A stretch of DNA of 64,000 bases, taken from an uncultured Gemmatimonadales bacterium. Its GTDB lineage: Bacteria; Gemmatimonadota; Gemmatimonadetes; Gemmatimonadales; GWC2-71-9. Positions 42,218 through 51,513 of this stretch are shown here, one piece after another. Below the pieces are notes generated by a model. That model was not told the DNA's origin and ran no database searches. It worked only from the letters and a program-made list of their open reading frames with translations. The stretch covers positions 562,426 through 626,425 of the forward strand of contig CAVSQW010000008.1 of NCBI GenBank assembly GCA_963730185.1, given 5' to 3'. The translations under genes and the position numbers were made by a program. Each line of letters opens with the position of its first letter. Position 1 is the stretch's first letter.

Positions 42218-43569
42218 GAGGCGGCCGCCTGGGCCAGGGCCTCCGCGACGGCGTGATCGGCCTCGGGGGGGAGGGTCCGGGGGTCGATCAGCACCTGGTC
42301 GCGTTCGACCCGGGCCAGCACGCTGGGCTGGCCGAGCCGAAGCTTGAGGGCCAGGGTCGGCGCCCCGAGCGCCCCGGGATCGACGACGACGAGGGTGGTC
42401 GGAAGGTCCGCGTCGGGGAACGACCCCCCGCCCACGGCCGACCGGCCGGCCGCGAGCCGGGCGGCCAGCGGCGGGCCGATCCGCGCCGCCAGGTTCCGGG
42501 CCCGGGCCTCGAGGGCGGCGCGGTCGAGGGTGAGCATCCGGAGCACCGGGATCTCACGGCGGGCGGTCTCAGGGTCGCGATAGAGCGCGAGCGTTGCCTG
42601 AAGCGCGGCCAGGGTCAGCTTGTCGGCCCGAAGGGCCCGGGCGAAGGGGTTCTTCCGGAGGGCGTCGACCAGCTCCCGCCGACCCGCCACGAGCCCGGCT
42701 TGCGGGCCGCCGAGGAGCTTGTCGCCGCTCGCGATGGCGAGGTCGGCGACCCGCACCGCGTCGGGCAGACGGGGTTCGCCGGTGAGACCCCAGGGCGCCA
42801 GATCGAGGAGCAGCCCGCTCCCGACGTCATACAGGAACGGCACCCCATGACGCCGGGCCAGCTCGGCCAGCCGGGCCGGCTCGGGCGAGGTCACGAAGCC
42901 GCTCATCGCGAAGTTGCTCCGGTGCACGGCCAGGATGGCGCCGGTCCGCTCGCCGAGGGCTCGTTCGTAGTCGGCCAGGTGGGTCCGGTTGGTGGTGCCC
43001 ACCTCGCGGAGCAGGGCGCCGCTCTTCTCGAGGATGTCGGGAATCCGGAACGACCCGCCGATCTCGATCAGCTCACCCCGGGAGATGATCACCTCGCGCC
43101 CCTGGGCCAGGGCGTTGAGCGCCAGGACCAGCGCCCCGGCGGCGTTGTTGACGACCAGGGCGGCCTCGGCGCCGACGATCTCGGCGGCCAGCGGGCCGCA
43201 GTGATCGAGGCGGCTCCCGCGGCCGCCGGTCGCGACGTCCAGCTCGAGGTTCCCATACCCGCGGGCGAGGCCGTTCAGCGCGTCGATCGCCGCCTCGGCG
43301 AGCGGGGCTCGGCCCAGATTGGTGTGGAGCACGACGCCGGTGGCGTTGAGCACCGGAAACAGGGACGGGGCCGTTCGCCGGGCGATCCGGTCGGCGATGT
43401 CGGCCGCCCAATCGTCGGGCACCGGACCTCGGCCGTTCCGGGCGGAGGCGACGGCTTCGCGGGCCGCGGCGACCACGACGTTTCGGGGAAAGCGCTCGAG
43501 CAACGGCCGGACCTCGGGGTGGTCGAGCAGGCGATCGATCGCCGGGAGGTTCCGGCGGCGGTCGCTCAT
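42214..43569 (-). CDS. selA: L-seryl-tRNA(Sec) selenium transferase
   Basis: NATGVVLHTNLGRA, VNN.A, SRGELIEIGGSFR, EVGTTN, H.SNF, SGDKLLGGPQAG. Confidence 0.95.
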   Translation of the reverse strand: MSDRRRNLPAIDRLLDHPEVRPLLERFPRNVVVAAAREAVASARNGRGPVPDDWAADIADRIARRTAPSLFPVLNATGVVLHTNLGRAPLAEAAIDALNGLARGYGNLELDVATGGRGSRLDHCGPLAAEIVGAEAALVVNNAAGALVLALNALAQGREVIISRGELIEIGGSFRIPDILEKSGALLREVGTTNRTHLADYERALGERTGAILAVHRSNFAMSGFVTSPEPARLAELARRHGVPFLYDVGSGLLLDLAPWGLTGEPRLPDAVRVADLAIASGDKLLGGPQAGLVAGRRELVDALRKNPFARALRADKLTLAALQATLALYRDPETARREIPVLRMLTLDRAALEARARNLAARIGPPLAARLAAGRSAVGGGSFPDADLPTTLVVVDPGALGAPTLALKLRLGQPSVLARVERDQVLIDPRTLPPEADHAVAEALAQAAAS

Positions 43570-44999
43570 CGCCGGCGGGGGCCGCGAAGGCCGCGGGGAC
43601 GGCGGAGCCGGCCGGTGTCCGGTGGCGCGGGGCGCCGGGCGGCGGAATCGGGGCGGGCGCCGGTGGAGTCGGGTCGGGCCCGGCCGGAATCGGGGCGGGT
43701 GCGGCCGGAGTCCGGCTTGACCGCGGCCGAGTCGGCTTTGGCCGAATCCGGCGGGGGCTTGGGCGGGAGCGGCACCTGGAGGCCGAGGAAGGCGTCGCCG
43801 GTGATCCCGCTGACGCTCCGCACTCCCTTCACGTCGATGACGTACTTGGCACCGGGGATCAGGGTGGTATCGAGCCGGATGTAGAGCTTGTCGTACAGCG
43901 GTGGCTTGGTCGTCAGCGGGGCCCGGTCCACGGTGTCGCGCGGGGCGGCCGGCCGACGCCGCGCGGCGCGGGCTCGATCGGCCTCGGCCTGGAGCGAATC
44001 GGCCCGGCGGATCGAGTCCTGCTGGGCCTTCTGGGCGGCGAGGACGGCCTTGGCGGAGTCGGACAGGGTGGCCGTGTCGGGCGCGGCCGACGGCTTGAAG
44101 GTCGAGTCGTACGCCGTCTGTGGCAGAATGGCCGTGACGGCCACCGGGGTGGAGTCGGGCAAGAGCCGAACCCGGACCGAGTCGGCCGGGATCCGCTGGT
44201 AGGGGTCGATCTGCTGATTGAAGGTGACGACGATGGAGAGCGAGTCGTTCTTGGCCGCGCTCTGGAGCCGGGCCGCGACGGTGTCGTGACGGAACATCCA
44301 GAGCTCGCCGGCGCTGTCGCTGGTGGCGGCCACTCGGACGGTGTCGAACAGCTCGCGCGGGTCGAGCCGACGATTGTGGTTCTGGTCGATCACTCCGCCC
44401 ACCAGGTAGGTGCCTTCCGGGAGGGGGCCGAAGTTGAAGCGGCCGCTCGAGTCGGACGTGGTCCGGTAGGTGAGGCTGTCGGGGAAGAGGGTGGCTTCGA
44501 CCAGGGCCGCCGGCGCGGGCCGGGTGGTGCTCCAGTCGACCGTACGGCCCCGGAGGAAATGGGTCGGCACCGGCGCCCCGGTGGTGAAGGTGATCACCCG
44601 TCCGAGCTTGCTCCGGTTGTTGCGGAGGTCGGCGATCCCGGCGAGGAGCTCCACCCGGTAAACCCGGTTGGGCTGCCAGCCCTCCTTCGGCTTGACCGTG
44701 ATCCGGCTCCGTCCCCAGTGGACGTGGGGAACCGCTTCGGTGGGGGAGACGACGATCAGCTTCTCGAGGTCACCCGTCCCCAGCCCGAAGTTGGGTGCGG
44801 TGCCTTCGGCCACGACCTCGTTGAAGACGAAGGCGGCGTCCCGGTCGAACTTGGGGTAGACGCCCATCGAGTCGGGGATCGTGCCGATCAGCACCGGCGG
44901 GGCGCGATCGGGCGGCCCGCCGGGCGGCTCGCCGATCTGGGCGCAGCCGGCGAGCGTCAGCATCGCGAGCCACGCGCCGGCGCGAGCTACCCGGCGCAT
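43566..44999 (-). CDS. Ig-like (Big_5) domain lipoprotein with PDS-rich tail
   Basis: Lipobox LAGC followed by PPGGPPD..PP; GIADLRNN; C-terminal PDS repeats. Confidence 0.8.
   Translation of the reverse strand: MRRVARAGAWLAMLTLAGCAQIGEPPGGPPDRAPPVLIGTIPDSMGVYPKFDRDAAFVFNEVVAEGTAPNFGLGTGDLEKLIVVSPTEAVPHVHWGRSRITVKPKEGWQPNRVYRVELLAGIADLRNNRSKLGRVITFTTGAPVPTHFLRGRTVDWSTTRPAPAALVEATLFPDSLTYRTTSDSSGRFNFGPLPEGTYLVGGVIDQNHNRRLDPRELFDTVRVAATSDSAGELWMFRHDTVAARLQSAAKNDSLSIVVTFNQQIDPYQRIPADSVRVRLLPDSTPVAVTAILPQTAYDSTFKPSAAPDTATLSDSAKAVLAAQKAQQDSIRRADSLQAEADRARAARRRPAAPRDTVDRAPLTTKPPLYDKLYIRLDTTLIPGAKYVIDVKGVRSVSGITGDAFLGLQVPLPPKPPPDSAKADSAAVKPDSGRTRPDSGRARPDSTGARPDSAARRPAPPDTGRLRRPRGLRGPRRR
43640..43752 (-). 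repeat. Coding tandem repeat, ~21 bp unit (RPDSxxx)
   Basis: PDSAKADSAAVKPDSGRTRPDSGRARPDSTGARPDSAA. Confidence 0.7.
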
Positions 45000-47671
45000 C
45001 CGAGCCGTTCGCGCTTGCCCTGGAGGACCGCGGCCTGCTCCCGCCAGGCGGCGAGCTTGTCGCGCTCGCGCTGGACCACTTCGGCCGGCGCCCGGCTGAC
45101 GAATTGCTGGTTGGCGAGCTTCGTCTCCTGGTTGGCCACCAGCCCGACCAGCCGCTGGTGCTCTTGCCGGAGGCGGGCGCACTCCTTCTCGAGATCGACG
45201 AGGTCGCCGAGGGGGATGGCGACGGCGGTGCCGTCGGAGAGCACCGCGTGGGCGTTGTCGCCGTCGTCGCGGGCCTCCTCGGTCGTGGTCGAGATCTCGC
45301 TCACCTTGCCGAGCCGCTGGATGGTGACCCCGAGCTGCCGCACCGCGGCTTCCAGCTCGGGACCGGCCCCGGCCAGCCTGACCCGGACCGTCTGGGTTGG
45401 TTGGACCCCGTACTCGGCCCGGATCGAGCGGATCGCGCCCACCAGCTCCTGGAGGGCGCCGAACTCGGTCAGGGCCCGTTGGTCGCGAGCCCGGTCGTCG
45501 GGCTTGGGCCAGGCGGCGTGGCTCAGCGTGGCCTCGGGATCCCGGCCGGGCAGGTGGCGCCAGAGCTGCTCCGTGATGAACGGCATGATCGGGTGGAGGA
45601 GCCGGAGCGCCACGTCGAAGGTCTGGGCGGCGACCGACCGGGCCACGTCGCCACCCGCCAGGTCGCCGTAGAGCCGGGGCTTGATGGCCTCGACGTACCA
45701 GTCGGCCAGGTCGTTCCAGAGGAACCGGTAGACCGCGGCGGCGGCGTCGTTGAGCCGGTAGCGCTCCCAGGCGTCGGTCGCCTCGCGGACCAGGGCGTCG
45801 CAGCGGGCGATGATCCACCGGTCCACCAGCGAGAGCTCGTTCCGGTGGACCGGGTTGGGCCCGTCGCCGGCGAGCGGGCGGGGCACGCCGTCGAGGTTCG
45901 ACAGCAGGAACCGACCCACGTTCCAGAGCTTGTTGGCGAAGTTCCGGCCCGGCGCGAACGAGGCCTCGATGTCCTTGGGGTCGAGGATGATGTCGCTGCC
46001 GATCGCCGCGCTGGCGAGCATGGTGTAGCGGAGGGCGTCGGCGCCGAAGCGCTCGATCACGTCGAGCGGATCGATTCCGTTGCCGCGCGACTTGGACATC
46101 TTCTGGTGGTCGGGGTCGCGCACCATCCCGGTGAGGAAGACCGTGGTGAATGGGAGGTCGTCCATCCGGTCCAGGCCCGACATGACCATCCGGGCCACCC
46201 AGAAGAAGATGATGTCGGGCCCGGTGACCAGGACGTGCCCGGGGTAGAACCGCCGGAGGTCCGTGGTCTGGTCGGGCCAGCCCAGACTCGAGAAGGGCAC
46301 CAGCTGGGAGGAGAACCAGGTGTCGAGAACGTCCTCGTCCTGGCGGACCGGTTTGCCGCAGCCGGGGCAGGTGTCGAGGTCGGTGGCGCTGGCGGTGATC
46401 TTGCCGCACCCGGGGGCGTCGCAGTACCAGACCGGAATCCGGTGCCCCCACCAAAGCTGGCGGGAGATGCACCAGTCACGGATACCCTCCATCCACTGGG
46501 CGTAGACCTCGCCCCAGCGCTCGGGCACGAACCGAAGCCGATCGGAGCGGTAGGCGGCCAGGGCCGGCTCGGCCAGCCGCTTCATCCGGACGAACCACTG
46601 ATCGGAGAGCCGGGGCTCCACCACGGTGTCGCAGCGGTAGCAATGGCCCACCGCATTGGTATGGTCCTCGACCCCCACCAGGAAGCCCTGGGCCTCGAGT
46701 GCCGCCACGACCCGCTTCCGGGCCTCGAACCGGTCCAGGCCGCGGAACGGCTCGGGCACGGCGTCCGACATCCGGCCCTCGGGCGTCAACACGTCGAGGG
46801 CGGGCAGCCCCTGGCGCCCGGCGATCTCGAAATCGAGCGGGTCGTGGGCCGGGGTCAGCTTGACCGCCCCGGTGCCGAACGACTGGTCGACGGCGTCGTC
46901 GGCCACGATCGGGATCCGGCGGCCGGTGAGAGGCAGTTCGACCTCCTGACCGACCAGGGCGGCGTAGCGCTCGTCACCCGGGTGGACCCCCACCCCGGTG
47001 TCGCCCAGCATGGTCTCGGGCCGGGTGGTGGCCACGACGATCCCGCCGCCGCCGGCCACCGGGTAGCGAATCCGCCAGATCTTGCCGTGGGTCTCTTTCC
47101 GCTCCACTTCCTCGTTGGAGAGGGCGGTGAGGCAACGGGGGCACCAGTTGATGATGTACTTGCCGCGGTAGATCAGGTCGCGCTCGAACCAGTCGACGAA
47201 CACCGCCCGCACCGCCCGGGAGAGCTCGGGGCTGAAGGTGTAGTAGGTGCGCGACCAGTCGCAGCTGGCGCCCAGGGCCCGGACCTGCTTCAGGATGGTG
47301 TCGCCGGTGGCGGCCACGTAGGCCTTGACCCGCTCGACGAACGCCTCCCGCCCGAGGTCGAACCGGGTCTTGCCTTCCTTCTTGAGCAGCCGCTCGACCA
47401 CGTTCTGGGTGGCGATGCCGGCGTGGTCGGTGCCGGGGATCCAGGCGGCCGCGCGTCCCCGCATCCGGTGGAAGCGGATCAGGGAATCCTGGACCGTCAG
47501 GTTGAGGCCGTGCCCCAGGTGGAGCCGGTCGGTCACGTTGGGCGGCGGCATCATGATGACGAACGGCTCCCCCTCGGCCCGGGCCGGGAAGAATTCGCTC
47601 CGTTCCCACCATCGATACAGCGCCTGCTCCACCTCGGACGGATCGTACTGGGGCGGCAGGGTGTCGGTCAT
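44987..47671 (-). CDS. valS: Valine--tRNA ligase
   Basis: PPPNVT..LHLGH, PGTDHAGIATQ, ATTRPET, DWCISRQLWWGHRIP, KMSKS. Confidence 0.98.
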   Translation of the reverse strand: MTDTLPPQYDPSEVEQALYRWWERSEFFPARAEGEPFVIMMPPPNVTDRLHLGHGLNLTVQDSLIRFHRMRGRAAAWIPGTDHAGIATQNVVERLLKKEGKTRFDLGREAFVERVKAYVAATGDTILKQVRALGASCDWSRTYYTFSPELSRAVRAVFVDWFERDLIYRGKYIINWCPRCLTALSNEEVERKETHGKIWRIRYPVAGGGGIVVATTRPETMLGDTGVGVHPGDERYAALVGQEVELPLTGRRIPIVADDAVDQSFGTGAVKLTPAHDPLDFEIAGRQGLPALDVLTPEGRMSDAVPEPFRGLDRFEARKRVVAALEAQGFLVGVEDHTNAVGHCYRCDTVVEPRLSDQWFVRMKRLAEPALAAYRSDRLRFVPERWGEVYAQWMEGIRDWCISRQLWWGHRIPVWYCDAPGCGKITASATDLDTCPGCGKPVRQDEDVLDTWFSSQLVPFSSLGWPDQTTDLRRFYPGHVLVTGPDIIFFWVARMVMSGLDRMDDLPFTTVFLTGMVRDPDHQKMSKSRGNGIDPLDVIERFGADALRYTMLASAAIGSDIILDPKDIEASFAPGRNFANKLWNVGRFLLSNLDGVPRPLAGDGPNPVHRNELSLVDRWIIARCDALVREATDAWERYRLNDAAAAVYRFLWNDLADWYVEAIKPRLYGDLAGGDVARSVAAQTFDVALRLLHPIMPFITEQLWRHLPGRDPEATLSHAAWPKPDDRARDQRALTEFGALQELVGAIRSIRAEYGVQPTQTVRVRLAGAGPELEAAVRQLGVTIQRLGKVSEISTTTEEARDDGDNAHAVLSDGTAVAIPLGDLVDLEKECARLRQEHQRLVGLVANQETKLANQQFVSRAPAEVVQRERDKLAAWREQAAVLQGKRERLGCAG

Positions 47672-48111
47672 GCCGGTTCTCGTTCTTCGGCGGCGGACTG
47701 GCTCACGACGGCGTCGTCCTCGCCCCACACCAGGAGGCCGTCGACCAGCCGGATGTCGGGTCCGAGGGTTTCCCGGGCCAGGCGGAGGGCCCGGCCTCGG
47801 GCGGCGCGGGAGGTGACCCAGCCGTGGATCTCGAGGGCGTTCTTGCCCACCATCACGAGGTCGAGACTCTGGCCGTCGGGTCCGAGGGCCTGCTCGAGTT
47901 GGGTCTGGAGGACGGCGGTCATCTGGAGCGAGGTGCGGGCCCCGATCGGCCGGCGCCAGGGGGTCAGCGCCCGCTTCAGCGTCTTGGGGCTCTCGCCCGC
48001 GAACATCTCGCCCAGCAGAAAGCCGACGGCCAGGCCGAGGCCCAGGCCGGCGACGATGGCCGGAGCGGCGGACCCGGTGGGGGGCTCGGTGCGTATACGT
48101 CGGCGCGCCAT
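47668..48111 (-). CDS. Membrane-anchored BON-like domain protein
   Basis: N-terminal TM helix; EIHGWV.SRAAR..A...A...V...L.V pattern. Confidence 0.6.
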   Translation of the reverse strand: MARRRIRTEPPTGSAAPAIVAGLGLGLAVGFLLGEMFAGESPKTLKRALTPWRRPIGARTSLQMTAVLQTQLEQALGPDGQSLDLVMVGKNALEIHGWVTSRAARGRALRLARETLGPDIRLVDGLLVWGEDDAVVSQSAAEEREPA

Positions 48112-48162
48112 GCGGTTAACTTAATAGGCTTCGGTACCCTGGCGAAGCGAGTTCAGCCCCGT

Positions 48163-48315
48163 ATGAAGACCAGAATCCAGACCCGTCCCCGCCTCCCCGT
48201 TTTCCAGATCGCGGCCGTCCTGATGGTGGTACTGGCCGGGATCGGGCTCTTTCTCTGGCTGGGCCCGCGGACCCCCGTGGTCGCGGTGCCGGTCACGGCG
48301 GAGGTTGCCCCGTGA
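48163..48315 (+). CDS. Small single-TM protein (50 aa) coupled to thrS
   Basis: MKTRIQTRPRLPVFQIAAVLMVVLAGIGLFLWLG..; stop codon overlaps thrS GTG (GTGA). Confidence 0.5.
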   Translation: MKTRIQTRPRLPVFQIAAVLMVVLAGIGLFLWLGPRTPVVAVPVTAEVAP

Positions 48316-50240
48316 CGGCCGAGACGATTCAGCTCACCCTCCCAGACGGGAGCGTGCGCGAGCTGCCCAAGGGATCCACCGGGAACGACGTGGCGCGGGC
48401 CATCGGGCCGGGTCTGGCCAAGGCGGCGCTCGCGATCAAGGTCGACGGCCAGATCCGCGACTTGACCCGCCCGATCGATGGGGATGCCACGATCGCGATC
48501 CTGACCGACCGCGTTCCGGAAGCGCTCGAGGTGCTGCGCCACTCCGCCGCGCACGTCCTGGCCACGGCGGTCCGCCAAATCTTCCCGACGGCGGGCATCG
48601 GGTTCGGCCCGCCGATCGAGGACGGCTTCTACTATGACTTCGAGGTGCCCCGTCCCTTCACCCCCGACGATCTCGAGAAGATCGAGGGGGTGATGCGGGA
48701 GGTCTGCGCCTCCGACTATCCGTTCGAGCGCGAGGTGGTCGACCGGACCGAGGCCAACCAGCGCTTCGCCGACGATCCGCTCAAGCTGGAGCGGATCCGC
48801 GAGCTGGGCGACGACGAGACGATCTCGATCTACACCGACGGACCGTTCATCGATCTCTGCCGGGGGCCCCACGTGCCCTCGACCGGCCGGCTCAAGCACT
48901 TCAAGCTGCTGACCACCGCCGGCGCCTACTGGCGGGGCGACGAGAAGCGGCAGATGCTGCAGCGGATCTACGGGACGGCCTGGTTCAAGCAAGACGATCT
49001 CGACGCCTACCTGCACCGGCTCGAGGAGGCCAGGAAGCGCGACCACCGTCGGGTGGGTCGGGAGCTCGACCTGTTCATGCTCCACCCATACTCGCCCGGC
49101 GCGGTGTTCTGGACCGAGCGGGGGACGACGATCTACAACGCGGTCAACGCCTACATGCGCGAGCTTCAGCGTGAGGGCTATCGCGAGATCCGGACGCCGC
49201 TCCTCTACAACAAAGCGCTCTGGGAGCTCTCGGGTCACTGGGGCAAGTACCAGGAGAACATGTTCCTGGTGCTGAACAACGAGTCCGGCGAGCACGACGT
49301 GTCGCTCAAGCCGATGAACTGTCCGTCGCACTACTTGATGTACCAGTCGAAGCGGCACTCGTACCGGGAGCTGCCGTTCCGGTACTGCACCTACGACGTG
49401 CTCCACCGGAACGAGGTGTCGGGTGCGCTCTCGGGCCTGACCCGGGTCCGCCAGTTCTCCCAGGACGACTGTCACATCTTCCTGATGGAAAGCCAGATCG
49501 CGGCCGAGGTTGCGGCCCTGACCCGGCTGATCCTGGGATACTACGAGACGTTCGGGCTCACCGCCCAGCTCAAGTTCGCCACCCGGCCGGAGACCCGGCT
49601 GGGCGACGACGCGCTCTGGGATCGGGCCGAAGGGTCGTTGGAAGAGGCGCTCAAGGCGACCGGCTATCCCTACACCATGATGCCGGGGGACGGCGCCTTC
49701 TACGGCCCCAAGATCGACTTCCACGTGTCCGACTCGATCGGCCGGACCTGGCAGTTGGGCACCATCCAGCTCGACTACAACGCGCCGGAGCGGTTCGACC
49801 TCAGCTACGTGGGCGAGGACAACCACCCCCACCGGCCGGTGGTGATCCACCGGGCGGTGAGCGGCTCGTTCGAGCGGTTCATCGCCATCCTGATCGAGCA
49901 CTTCGCCGGGGCGTTTCCGGTCTGGCTCGCGCCGGAGCAGATCCGGGTGCTCCCGGTCTCGGACCACCAACGTGAGGCCGCGGAGGCCGCGGTGGCCTCG
50001 CTCCGGCAGGCCGGGCTCCGGGCCGTGCTCGACGCGAGCAACGAAACCCTGGGCTACCGGATTCGCGAAGCCGAGGTCATGAAGGTGCCGTACGTGGGGG
50101 TGGTCGGGCAACGCGAGGCCGATGCCGGCACCGTCGCGGTGCGGGTTCGCGGCGCCGGGAACAAGCAGGTCGTGACCCCGTTGGCCGAGTTCCAGGAGCG
50201 GGTGGTCCAGGAGGTTCGGGCCCGCGCCCTCACGCCCTGA
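48312..50240 (+). CDS. thrS: Threonine--tRNA ligase
   Basis: TGS domain, RHSAAH, DLCRGPH, KPMNCP.H, GLTRVRQF, AFYGPK, HRA..GS.ERF. Confidence 0.98.
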   Translation: MTAETIQLTLPDGSVRELPKGSTGNDVARAIGPGLAKAALAIKVDGQIRDLTRPIDGDATIAILTDRVPEALEVLRHSAAHVLATAVRQIFPTAGIGFGPPIEDGFYYDFEVPRPFTPDDLEKIEGVMREVCASDYPFEREVVDRTEANQRFADDPLKLERIRELGDDETISIYTDGPFIDLCRGPHVPSTGRLKHFKLLTTAGAYWRGDEKRQMLQRIYGTAWFKQDDLDAYLHRLEEARKRDHRRVGRELDLFMLHPYSPGAVFWTERGTTIYNAVNAYMRELQREGYREIRTPLLYNKALWELSGHWGKYQENMFLVLNNESGEHDVSLKPMNCPSHYLMYQSKRHSYRELPFRYCTYDVLHRNEVSGALSGLTRVRQFSQDDCHIFLMESQIAAEVAALTRLILGYYETFGLTAQLKFATRPETRLGDDALWDRAEGSLEEALKATGYPYTMMPGDGAFYGPKIDFHVSDSIGRTWQLGTIQLDYNAPERFDLSYVGEDNHPHRPVVIHRAVSGSFERFIAILIEHFAGAFPVWLAPEQIRVLPVSDHQREAAEAAVASLRQAGLRAVLDASNETLGYRIREAEVMKVPYVGVVGQREADAGTVAVRVRGAGNKQVVTPLAEFQERVVQEVRARALTP

Positions 50241-50318
50241 CGACCGGCGGAACGGCTCGGAGGCCCCGTTATATTGACGGAAACAGGTCACCGCCACCGA
50301 AGTGAAGAGGCCCTCATC

Positions 50319-51506
50319 ATGTCTGACGCAACGACTCCCGTCATCCTCTCGGCCTGCCGCACGCCGATCGGCAAGTACCTCGGAGGGATCGCCTCCTTCA
50401 CGGCGCCCCAGCTCGGCGCGCTGGTGATCAAGGAGGCGGTGGCCCGCGCCGGGATCGATGCCGGCCTGATCGACGAAGTGATCATGGGCCACGTGCTGCA
50501 GGGCGGGACGGGGCAGGCCCCGGCGCGGCAGGCGATGATCCACGCGGGGCTCGACGGGGTGATTCCGGCGCTCACCATCAACAAGGTGTGCGGGTCGGGG
50601 CTCAAGTCGGTGATGCTGGCGGCCCAGTCGATCCGGGCCGGCGACAACCAGCTGGTGGTGGCCGGCGGCATGGAATCGATGTCGTCCGCGCCCCACTACC
50701 TCCACGGGATCCGGGGCGGGGTCAAGATCGGCAACCAGACCCTGCTCGACGGGATGATCCACGACGGGCTTTGGGACTCGTTCAGCAACCAGCACATGGG
50801 GAACCTGGCCGAGTACACCGCCCAGAAGGCGGGGGTGACCCGGTCCGAGCAGGACGAGTTCTCGTACCAGAGCCAGAAGAAGGCATCCGACGCGATGGCG
50901 TCGGGGCGTTTCTCGGCGGAGATCGTGCCGGTCGAGGTGAAGACCCGGGCCGGGGTCACCAAGGTCGAGCAGGACGAGGGGCCCCGGAAAGAGACCACGC
51001 TCGAGGGCCTGGCCAAGCTGAGGCCGGCCTTCCAGAAGGACGGCACGGTCACCGCGGGCAACGCCTCGACCATCAACGACGGGGCCAGCGCCCTGGTGGT
51101 GGCGTCGCTGGCCTTCGCCAAGGCCCACGGCCTTACCCCGATGGCCCGGGTTACGAGCTACGCCACCGGCGGGGGCGAGCCCAAGGATCTCTTCTTCGCG
51201 CCGATCTTCGCGGTCCAGAACCTGATGAAGAAGGCCAAGACCCAGATCGGCGACTACGGGCTGATCGAGGCCAACGAGGCGTTCGCGGTCCAGTGCATCG
51301 CCGACGGGCGGGCCCTCAAGTGGGACTTGGGCCGGGTCAACGTGAACGGCGGGGCGATCGCGCTGGGGCACCCGATCGGGGCCAGCGGCTCCCGGATCCT
51401 GACCACGCTGCTCTACGCCATGCGCGATCGGAAGGCGGCCACCGGGTTGGCTACGCTGTGCCTCGGTGGCGGGAACGCGGTCGCGCTGTCGGTCGAAGCG
51501 GTCTGA
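50319..51506 (+). CDS. Acetyl-CoA C-acetyltransferase (thiolase)
   Basis: NKVCGSG, GGMESMS, NEAFA, GHPIGASG, CLGGG. Confidence 0.96.
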   Translation: MSDATTPVILSACRTPIGKYLGGIASFTAPQLGALVIKEAVARAGIDAGLIDEVIMGHVLQGGTGQAPARQAMIHAGLDGVIPALTINKVCGSGLKSVMLAAQSIRAGDNQLVVAGGMESMSSAPHYLHGIRGGVKIGNQTLLDGMIHDGLWDSFSNQHMGNLAEYTAQKAGVTRSEQDEFSYQSQKKASDAMASGRFSAEIVPVEVKTRAGVTKVEQDEGPRKETTLEGLAKLRPAFQKDGTVTAGNASTINDGASALVVASLAFAKAHGLTPMARVTSYATGGGEPKDLFFAPIFAVQNLMKKAKTQIGDYGLIEANEAFAVQCIADGRALKWDLGRVNVNGGAIALGHPIGASGSRILTTLLYAMRDRKAATGLATLCLGGGNAVALSVEAV

Positions 51507-51513
51507 TCGCGGG

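Noticed and set aside
43566..46472. 968-aa ORF as a single protein
   Set aside because: The first half is an alternate frame of valS; the real lipoprotein starts at 44999
45104..51371. 1006-aa and 1072-aa ORFs opposite valS and thrS/thiolase
   Set aside because: Shadow ORFs of clearly identified genes
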